In this document: positions 56,758 through 64,000 of the stretch, piece after piece
How the letters are laid out: the number at the start of each line of letters is the position of its first letter
How positions within the stretch are numbered: the first letter of the stretch is position 1
Origin: Candidatus Thorarchaeota archaeon
GTDB lineage: Archaea > Asgardarchaeota > Thorarchaeia > Thorarchaeales > Thorarchaeaceae
DNA: 64,000 bases
NCBI GenBank assembly: GCA_020348985.1
Contig: CP070761.1
Location: 1,764,591 to 1,828,590 of the forward strand
Direction: 5' to 3'
Made by a program: the position numbers and the translations under genes
The notes under the pieces: generated by a model
Database searches by the model: none
What the model saw: only the letters and a program-made list of their open reading frames with translations
Told to the model about the DNA's origin: nothing

Positions 56758-57945
56758 CTATTTCTCTAAGCCGAAAGTTGGAAAGATCAATTCCTTGACC
56801 TTCTCAATTGTTTCATCTACTGCGCGTCTTATCTTTGGATAGTGATCATCATCAGTTCGCAATGGTCTGTCAATCCAGCCACCGCGGATCACATCATACC
56901 CGTACTTTCTGCATAGTTCTATCCATTTCGCGGGAAGAATCGGTGGCAATGCAACGTCTGCCAAATCTGCAAGTACAATTGTCCAGACTTTGGCTGCAGT
57001 GACGGGATTATACCCTCCACCACCAAGGATTACAAGCTTCCTTGTGCCGAGATGAACAAGCTGTCTGACAGTCATTGACAATCTGTGGTAGGTATCAAGT
57101 GTAAGCATCAAATCGGCCAGTGGATCGTTCATGTGTCCGTCAGCACCGACATTCCAAAACACAAAGTGTGGTTTGTAGGCCAGCCAAATCGGCACAACAA
57201 GCTCCTCAAATGCTGTCCAAAACTCCACATCTCCCGTAAGCGGTGGAAGCGGAACGTTGACTGAATATCCCTTTCCGTCGCCTACTCCATTCTCTTCAAC
57301 TCTGCCTGTTCCCGGAAAGAAACCCATGCTGTACTCATGCATAGAAATGGTCAGAACGTTCGGATCATCGTAGAAAGCACCCTGCGTTCCGTCACCATGG
57401 TGTACATCTGTGTCAAGATACAGGATTCTGTCATTAGGACGCTTTTCTTTGAGCTTCTTTATTCCGATCACACAATCATTGTAATAGCAGAATCCAGCAG
57501 CCTTTGTCTTCATTGCGTGATGGAAACCTCCCACAAACGACATGGCATCTTCAAACTCGCCATTGGCTACTCTCATCGTTGCATCAATGGTAGCTCCCAC
57601 AGGCAGACTGGCATACTTGTCTACATCTTGAAAGACTGGGCATTCATCAGTGTCTAGCCCAAACCGTGCGGAGAATGCGGATCCCATGTTTCCAAATAGT
57701 TCCAAGGTTTCGATGTATGAATAATCATGGAAGAGATTAAGCTCTTCTCTCGTAGCATATCTCATTGGCTGCACAGAGATGGTTGGCTCATTCAGCATCC
57801 CTGACATCACTGGAAGCTGCCATGTGATATCCAGCCTTGCCCTGTTCCAAAATGGATTGGGTTCGGCTCTCATCTTGTCTAGTTCGTCAACGCCTTCCAG
57901 TGCCAATAGCAACTCTGGCTCAAAGAGGGCTGTGATTCTAGACAA
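56758..57945 (-). CDS. Zn-dependent deacetylase, HDAC/AcuC family
   Basis: GGFHHA, GFCYYND, DTDVHHGDG, FPGTG, GAD.H..DPL, GGGGY. Confidence 0.93.
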   Translation of the reverse strand: MSRITALFEPELLLALEGVDELDKMRAEPNPFWNRARLDITWQLPVMSGMLNEPTISVQPMRYATREELNLFHDYSYIETLELFGNMGSAFSARFGLDTDECPVFQDVDKYASLPVGATIDATMRVANGEFEDAMSFVGGFHHAMKTKAAGFCYYNDCVIGIKKLKEKRPNDRILYLDTDVHHGDGTQGAFYDDPNVLTISMHEYSMGFFPGTGRVEENGVGDGKGYSVNVPLPPLTGDVEFWTAFEELVVPIWLAYKPHFVFWNVGADGHMNDPLADLMLTLDTYHRLSMTVRQLVHLGTRKLVILGGGGYNPVTAAKVWTIVLADLADVALPPILPAKWIELCRKYGYDVIRGGWIDRPLRTDDDHYPKIRRAVDETIEKVKELIFPTFGLEK

Positions 57946-58049
57946 CAGATCATCTCCTAGGAATTCTCTACGTGGCCCCTGTTAAGTGATGATGCTCCTG
58001 ACAGGATTATATAGACCCAATCCCTAGTTATACAGATTCTTACCTCATC

Positions 58050-60944
58050 CTACTTCACTATTGCCTCAGCGGCAATTATCATCTTGCTCTTTGCATCACT
58101 TTCCCCTTTCATCTTACGAAGAGTCTTTACGGCGGCCTTCATGGGCTTCATTTGCTCAGTTCGTTTCAGAATCTCAATGGTGCGTAGGAAGAGAGGCCGC
58201 ATGGCATCGTGGAGAATTGGATAGATCGCGTCTGCCGCGACTGCCTTGCCCGATTTCTTGACGTAGTTGTCCATCATAGAGATGGTCCCTGAAATCACAC
58301 TAGAACAGAGGTCGGCCATTGCCGGTGTGTTCGTGAAGATGTCTTGACACGTCTTGTCACCACAGTTCTCGACCCATTGGACTGCCTCTTCGAAGAAGCC
58401 CTGCGAGGCTTTAATGACCGTAGAGAACTCGTTTCTATCAGACACCGCTGCCTTAGAGATGTTTTTGAATGCCTGAGTTACCAATCCGAGTCTTATGTCG
58501 TATTGCCTCTCCTCGAACATAGAGGTCATTTTACCTAGGACTTCGAATGCAAATGGCGTACGTCCGTAGCTCATCAGTCTGCCAATCTGATCCGAGACAT
58601 CCGCAATGTCTTTAGTATCTACTCCAACAAGACCCCATTTGCCTGACAGATGTGCAAACATTCCATCAAAATCACTTACGCCCTTACAACGCTTCATCCC
58701 GAGATCATAGACTGCCGCAATTTGCTTTCGTGACCTTTCGTCTAGTTTTTCTACAGCAATCTCACTAGTTGTCTTGGTGATTTCATCCGCCGCTTGATTC
58801 TCGCCCAGCGTGGCGGCTAGTCCGGCAGACAAATCCTTCATTTTCTCGATATATGCCATTGAGTCCAACAGAACCAGTCTCTTAGCTGCCCTGCTCAACA
58901 GGTCTCCAGTAGCCTTCTTGTCCTTGACTTTGCCTCGCCCGGCTCTGGCAGCCGCTCTTCTACTTGCCTTCCCCAGAAGTCTTGACAATCGTCTGGGGCT
59001 GATTGATTCTTGCTCCATGGCCTCCTCAAGCAGTTCCTGTGAAGACTTGACCTCTTCTGCCAAGGCAGATCTAATTTGCTGTGAAACGAAGTCACCGATG
59101 TCTCCCGGAATCTTCTCTCCGATCTTTGCTAGATCTTCTAGACCATCCATCTGCTTTACCATATCCGCTACAGCATCTCCCCTTTCTCCTCCAATCTCCT
59201 GCCTCACTTCCTCACCAATGTGCTCCAAATCCACAAGAGGCTTAGTTGGGGTCGCCGGAATCGGTGGTGCTTGAATCTCATCAACGTCATCGACAATTTC
59301 GGCTTTTGATGGAACTTGACTTATCGGCCCTGTGATTGCAAATAGACCCTGACTTAGCGGATTTTCCATGTACTTGTTGGCTAGTTCAACCGCCAGAATA
59401 TCAAGATACTCAGGTCCAAAGTTCTTTGCTGCAAAGTAGGCATAGGAAAGGAGCGGTTCCAGCCCTCCAGTAGGCTCAACATCATACTCCTCCTTGATAT
59501 GGTCCCACCCGTCCTGCAAGGCCTGCTTCTCCACCTTGAGACGACCAGAAACCCCCATTTCCTGAGCCAGCATTCTGATGTCGCCCACTATTGGGTGGTC
59601 GACACCGCCACGTAGGACATCCGCTAGAGTGTCGTGCATGAACTTCAGGGAGAAGAATCTGGGGTCTCTAGAGAGGTACTGCTTGATTGCATTGAAGGGG
59701 CCGGGACTATCTGAAGGACCTTTCAGTGCAAAGAATATTTGATTCAGATGCACTTCGTGTGTTTCATAGCTTGGCATATCCGCTAGACAGAGAAGTGTCT
59801 TGATTACGGGAATAGCTCCCTCTCTGGGAGTGAAAATCGTACCCTGAAGATCAAAAAGCACTCTTGCGAGGATTCCTGCAACATAGTCCGTCATTCCTTT
59901 GGGCGCTTTCTTTACAAGGTCCTCTGTCAGCTCAGCGATTTCCCCAGCTTTGACTTTAGCCGCCATTTCTTCGGCCAAGTATCTGATATATATGGGACTC
60001 CCTTGGGCGCTCTCGACCAGAGTAGGCAGAATCGCATCATCAAAACCAACGTGCTGGCTCTTCAGGTGATTCTTTGCTATCTCTGTCATTGTGTCATCTG
60101 ACATCTTCGGTAAGGTGACTGATGTGAACTTCTGCCTTAGCTCTATAGGAAGTCTACTCCATTCTTGGACCCTTGCAGTGGTCACTACCCCTTTGACATC
60201 TCTCTCGATTATGGCCTTTACCAACTCTCTAGTCTCTGGCAAATCATCATGAAAGAGCACAACACCTTCTCTCTCATGCACCCTTGAGACATCCTTGGTA
60301 TCCCAAACAAGTGCAACGTCAGAATTCCTGTCAAGTTCTCTGAATATGGCATACATTATCGTTGTCTTGCCAGACCCGGGCGTACCTAGGATGACGACAT
60401 TCTCGCCCTCCTTGGAATGATAGATGGCTGCATCAATTACACGAGAACGTGGCTCGTCAATAACAAGCACCTCATCAAGATAGACTGGCAGTCGCCATAC
60501 ATTCATGATTCTCTCGTGAGAATCTGGAATCTCAAAGTATGACAAGAGATCTTGGATAATTCCCATTTGCTGCTCAATCACAGTAATCTCAGACCTAAGA
60601 GACTGGACCTGTCTGCCAGCGTGAGGACTAGCTGCTTCAAGTTGATTCAGTGCCATACCAACACTTGAAGCAACCTCAACGCCCCCTTCACGAACGGCAT
60701 CCTTTATCGCTTCTCTAATAGATGGGTCTTGGATTGCTTCCTTGAAGAAAGACATGATTTCGTCCGGGCCAACGATTTCTCTCTCCTGTTTGGCGTCAAT
60801 GATCGAACCTGCGGCCGCTGCAAGAAGAGGAGACCCTGTGGCAAATAGCGCGAAGTTGGAGGCTATTGCAGTTGCTACGCCTATTGCCTTCTTCGCTCTG
60901 GGGTGTTGATCGAAGTATTCACGTATCGAGTCCTTTAGACCCAT
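58050..60944 (-). CDS. STAND-class P-loop NTPase (NLR-like architecture)
   Basis: Walker A GTPGSGKT, Walker B VVLFHDD, TTAR, GSP, FMHD; helical N- and C-terminal regions. Confidence 0.72.
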   Translation of the reverse strand: MGLKDSIREYFDQHPRAKKAIGVATAIASNFALFATGSPLLAAAAGSIIDAKQEREIVGPDEIMSFFKEAIQDPSIREAIKDAVREGGVEVASSVGMALNQLEAASPHAGRQVQSLRSEITVIEQQMGIIQDLLSYFEIPDSHERIMNVWRLPVYLDEVLVIDEPRSRVIDAAIYHSKEGENVVILGTPGSGKTTIMYAIFRELDRNSDVALVWDTKDVSRVHEREGVVLFHDDLPETRELVKAIIERDVKGVVTTARVQEWSRLPIELRQKFTSVTLPKMSDDTMTEIAKNHLKSQHVGFDDAILPTLVESAQGSPIYIRYLAEEMAAKVKAGEIAELTEDLVKKAPKGMTDYVAGILARVLFDLQGTIFTPREGAIPVIKTLLCLADMPSYETHEVHLNQIFFALKGPSDSPGPFNAIKQYLSRDPRFFSLKFMHDTLADVLRGGVDHPIVGDIRMLAQEMGVSGRLKVEKQALQDGWDHIKEEYDVEPTGGLEPLLSYAYFAAKNFGPEYLDILAVELANKYMENPLSQGLFAITGPISQVPSKAEIVDDVDEIQAPPIPATPTKPLVDLEHIGEEVRQEIGGERGDAVADMVKQMDGLEDLAKIGEKIPGDIGDFVSQQIRSALAEEVKSSQELLEEAMEQESISPRRLSRLLGKASRRAAARAGRGKVKDKKATGDLLSRAAKRLVLLDSMAYIEKMKDLSAGLAATLGENQAADEITKTTSEIAVEKLDERSRKQIAAVYDLGMKRCKGVSDFDGMFAHLSGKWGLVGVDTKDIADVSDQIGRLMSYGRTPFAFEVLGKMTSMFEERQYDIRLGLVTQAFKNISKAAVSDRNEFSTVIKASQGFFEEAVQWVENCGDKTCQDIFTNTPAMADLCSSVISGTISMMDNYVKKSGKAVAADAIYPILHDAMRPLFLRTIEILKRTEQMKPMKAAVKTLRKMKGESDAKSKMIIAAEAIVK

Positions 60945-61061
60945 AGCAATCCATCCATGGTAGCAAAGACACCATGCTGAACGCGACTAATGAGGTTTAT
61001 CAAACAGGTTCAGTATCGCGACGAAAGGCTCATAATTCAAAATCAGCTGCCTGTAATCGTT

Positions 61062-62075
61062 ATGTCCAAGTTTGACCTTCTCGAACAGACGTTGTTGGGC
61101 AATCTCGATGACACTGTTCCAATTTCACTTTGGCGCCATTATCCATACATGGACCGTACACCAGAAGGGCTTGCAGAGGCTGAAGAGGCGTTTCACCGAG
61201 TCTATGACCACGATGTCATGAAAATCAGCTTTCACGGTCGATATCCTGTCGTGGACTGGGGATGTATGGCTGTCTACGACGGCGCTATAAGTGGGTCAAC
61301 AACATGCTCAAGCTGTGTCATTGAGCAAATGAGTGACTGGGAAGTCCTAGAGCCTCTGGATGTGAACTCAGGAGAGTTTGGCAGACAGCTGCGGGCTGTT
61401 GAGCTGATAAGGGACTACGCTCATGGCACAGTTCCGACTCTTGCCACGATCTTTGATTCACCAATGGTTGCGTCCAAGCTATGCTATGGGACTCTCACAC
61501 AGTACATCAATGAGTATCCGGACGTCATGAAGTCAGTACTTGAAATGATTAACAACGTCATGATAGACTTTGGTCGAGCAACTTTGGATGCGGGAGCCGA
61601 TGGCGTGTTCATTGCGTCTCAACATTCAACCCGTCTAACTGTAAGTGATGAACAATACGATGAATTCGTTTATCCGTTTGATAACAAGCTGATTTCGGCA
61701 CTGCGCGGCAAGGCCCGTTATGTTGTCATGCATCTTCACGCGCAAGACCCTGATGATCAAGTAAGGTTTCAGAAGATTGCCAACACTCCCGGAATCAGTG
61801 CTTTGAATTGGGAGGACCAGACTGCTTGGCCCTCGCTGGGTGAAGGTAAAAAGATATCCCGTAAAACCGTCTTCGGTGGCATAGATCACAACAACACACT
61901 GAGAAGAGGCACTCCTGATGATGTGAAAGAGCAAATCGATAATACTGCGGAAGAAGCGGGTCTTGAGAGCCTCGTATTCGCTCCTGGCTGTGTGATAACT
62001 GTTGACACGCCCGACGAGAATCTCGCTGCATTAGTAAGGGTGGTCAGGTCTTTGGATCCCTTTGACTTCCAGTAG
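61062..62075 (+). CDS. Uroporphyrinogen decarboxylase/MtaA-CmuA family protein
   Basis: P.SLW.H, TIF.SP, AGADG.F, HLH, GGID, APGC; probable start ATG 61062. Confidence 0.8.
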   Translation: MSKFDLLEQTLLGNLDDTVPISLWRHYPYMDRTPEGLAEAEEAFHRVYDHDVMKISFHGRYPVVDWGCMAVYDGAISGSTTCSSCVIEQMSDWEVLEPLDVNSGEFGRQLRAVELIRDYAHGTVPTLATIFDSPMVASKLCYGTLTQYINEYPDVMKSVLEMINNVMIDFGRATLDAGADGVFIASQHSTRLTVSDEQYDEFVYPFDNKLISALRGKARYVVMHLHAQDPDDQVRFQKIANTPGISALNWEDQTAWPSLGEGKKISRKTVFGGIDHNNTLRRGTPDDVKEQIDNTAEEAGLESLVFAPGCVITVDTPDENLAALVRVVRSLDPFDFQ

Positions 62076-62086
62076 GGGGGCCTCGA

Positions 62087-63799
62087 TTGAGGAATCGTGA
62101 GGTAGCACGAGCTCTAAAGGAGATAGCGTTGCTCCTTGAGGTCGAAGGGAAGGATAAGTTCAAACCGAGGGCCTATCGCAGAGCGATGAGAGCGATTACA
62201 TCATTGGGAGAAGACATTGAAGCCATTGCAAAACGAGATGAACTCACTGAGATTCCGGGAGTTGGGAAGGCTATCGCTGAGAAGATATCAAGTTTTCTTG
62301 AGACAGGGAAGATCGACCTTCTTGAGAGGCTGAGAGAGAGAGTTCCTGTTAAGGTGATGGAGCTGGAAGCTGTTCCAGGAGTCGGTCCGAAGACAATCAA
62401 GCTAGTCTATGATGAGCTCGGAGTGACTGATTTGGACCTGCTTGAGAAAGCTGCAGAAGAGGGGCGGATTTCAGATCTGAAGGGAATGGGAAAAAAGACC
62501 GAAGACCAAATCAAAGAAGGCATTCAGCTAGTTCGTGTTGGATTGGAACGAAAGCTGTTGTCTGAGGCCATGGCTGTCTGTGAGCCGATAGAGCTTTACA
62601 TCGCTGAGATTCCAGGTGTTAGAAAAGTAGTGACAACGGGGTCTCTACGTCGTCGGAGAGAGACTGTTGGGGATCTCGATATCCTCGTGGACGCAGAAGA
62701 CGCCGCCAAAGTGATGGATGCATTTGTTGTCTACGAAAAAGTAACTGATGTTAGTGCAAAAGGTTCTACAAAGTCATCAATTCGCTTGGAAGGCGGATTC
62801 CAAGTCGATCTGAGAGTGATTCCATCAGACAGTTTTGGCGCAGGACTGCAGTACTTCACAGGAAGCGTTGACCACAACGTCAGGCTTCGAGCAATTGCAC
62901 AGAACGCCGGGCTGAAGCTCAACGAATACGGTCTTTTTAGAGGCGAAGAGAAGGTTGCGGGAAGTGATGAAGCGGAGATTTACAGCATTCTTGGCTTGGA
63001 TTACGTTCCGCCCGAGCTGCGAGAGAACAAAGGAGAGATTGAGGCGGCTCAGCAGGGAGAACTACCTGAGCTTATTGAGCATGATGACATTAGGGGCGAT
63101 CTTCATACACACACTGATGCATCAGATGGATCAAATACAATTGAAGAGATGCTCGATGCCGCAGATGCTAGAGGGTTTGAGTACTTCTGCATATCCGACC
63201 ATACCCAGTCCCTAACAATCGCCAATGGAATGGACGAGGCAAGACTTCAGAAGTGTATTGAGGAGATTGACGACCTTAACGCATCAGGAAGATGGAAACC
63301 AACGATTCTCAAGGGCGCTGAGGTCGACATTCTCGCTGATGGTAGCTTGGATATCGAAGACGAGGTCCTAGCCCAGCTCGACGTCGTAACTGTATCCATC
63401 CATAGCCGGATGAAGGACAGCAAGGAAGTGATGACGGATAGGGTCTGCCATGCTCTTGAGAACAAGTATGTCCATGTCCTAGGACATCCTTCCGGTCGTC
63501 TGCTTCTGAAAAGACCTGAGTTTGAAATAGATCTTGAGCGGGTCTTTGAAGTCGCGAAATCAAACAGAGTCCTTATGGAGCTCAATGCTGCTCCCAGCCG
63601 TCTGGACCTCAATGCGGGCAATCTCAGGGCTGCAAGAAGGATGGGGCTGAAAGTAGCCATCAATACTGACGCGCACAAAATCCATGAGCTTGACTTCATG
63701 AGCTATGGAGTCTATCAAGCACGTAGGGGATGGCTTACCAAGGAAGATGTGGTCAACACCCTGCCACTGAAGAAACTCATGCGAGTTCTCAGCAAATAG
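62087..63799 (+). CDS. polX: DNA polymerase X with PHP domain
   Basis: HhH motifs, GSLRR..ETVGDLD, QYFTGS, DLHTHT..SDG, SDH, INTDAH. Confidence 0.95.
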   Translation: MRNREVARALKEIALLLEVEGKDKFKPRAYRRAMRAITSLGEDIEAIAKRDELTEIPGVGKAIAEKISSFLETGKIDLLERLRERVPVKVMELEAVPGVGPKTIKLVYDELGVTDLDLLEKAAEEGRISDLKGMGKKTEDQIKEGIQLVRVGLERKLLSEAMAVCEPIELYIAEIPGVRKVVTTGSLRRRRETVGDLDILVDAEDAAKVMDAFVVYEKVTDVSAKGSTKSSIRLEGGFQVDLRVIPSDSFGAGLQYFTGSVDHNVRLRAIAQNAGLKLNEYGLFRGEEKVAGSDEAEIYSILGLDYVPPELRENKGEIEAAQQGELPELIEHDDIRGDLHTHTDASDGSNTIEEMLDAADARGFEYFCISDHTQSLTIANGMDEARLQKCIEEIDDLNASGRWKPTILKGAEVDILADGSLDIEDEVLAQLDVVTVSIHSRMKDSKEVMTDRVCHALENKYVHVLGHPSGRLLLKRPEFEIDLERVFEVAKSNRVLMELNAAPSRLDLNAGNLRAARRMGLKVAINTDAHKIHELDFMSYGVYQARRGWLTKEDVVNTLPLKKLMRVLSK

Positions 63800-63815
63800 G
63801 TCCAGCCGACTACAC

Positions 63816-63998
63816 TCACTTCAGGAAGAACCCGAAATCGCATCGTGAATCACCGTTAGCGATCGTTTTACTCCGGTCGAACCTAATCCACTTGTCAACT
63901 GCCCCGGCAATCAGGTAATCATAGTCACACAGGATGGGTCCTAGCTCCGGGTGTTCATTCTTCTGAAAGATCTCGAAATAGATGCAGCGATTGATGTC
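63816..63998 (-). CDS. C-terminal part of an ATC-hydrolase-like protein (truncated by window edge)
   Basis: Manual translation DINRCIYFEIF...PELGPILCDYD...FDRSKTIANGDSRCDF, stop at 63816-63818; not in the ORF track. Confidence 0.7.
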   Translation of the reverse strand, partial: DINRCIYFEIFQKNEHPELGPILCDYDYLIAGAVDKWIRFDRSKTIANGDSRCDFGFFLK

Positions 63999-64000
63999 AA

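Noticed and set aside
524-63699. Numerous antisense or overlapping ORFs in the track (e.g. 524-1024, 9262-9756, 26793-27293, 43762-44394, 58810-59274)
   Set aside because: They are shadows of well-supported genes in another frame or strand and have no recognisable motifs.
1-64000. CRISPR array, rRNA, IS/transposase, or selenoprotein/pyrrolysine read-through
   Set aside because: No regularly spaced repeats, rRNA-like tracts or transposase motifs were seen, and no recognised gene appears interrupted by an in-frame TGA or TAG. This was a by-eye inspection only.

Overview
Archaeal chromosomal segment, most consistent with an Asgard archaeon such as Thorarchaeia. This is an inference from gene content: S30e, Elp3, SmAP3, TFE-beta/C34-like, cdrS-ftsZ, H4MPT C1 genes, a glycyl-radical enzyme and PolX. 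The first ~30 kb is mostly housekeeping: Elp3, archease, SPOUT, rpl3-4-23-2, cdrS-ftsZ, korB/C, mch-fwdC/ftr, pyrB, srp19-gar1-tfeB, rlmE, trm1 and hppA. The second half is metabolic and accessory: two CoA-transferase-GNAT fusions, an OFA transporter, acs, fen1, PadR/TetR modules, an HDAC, a STAND NTPase and polX. There are four tRNA genes (Ser-UGA, Thr-GGU, Pro-UGG, Ile-GAU); three carry BHB-type introns (four introns in total, three at non-canonical sites). Main observations: (1) two ~0.8-0.9 kb single-gene cassettes, each bounded by a tRNA gene and a direct repeat of its 3' end, with no integrase; (2) a HypD-like glycyl-radical enzyme whose CxE glutamate is Thr, inserted just upstream of rpl3; (3) tandem CoA-transferase-Pat-type GNAT fusions beside acs; (4) an NLR-like STAND ATPase with an MHD motif; (5) a Urm1/SAMP-like protein ending GG-V; (6) SRP19 apparently starting at CTG. 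No CRISPR array, rRNA, transposase or integrase was seen. All family assignments come from motif recognition, not database searches.
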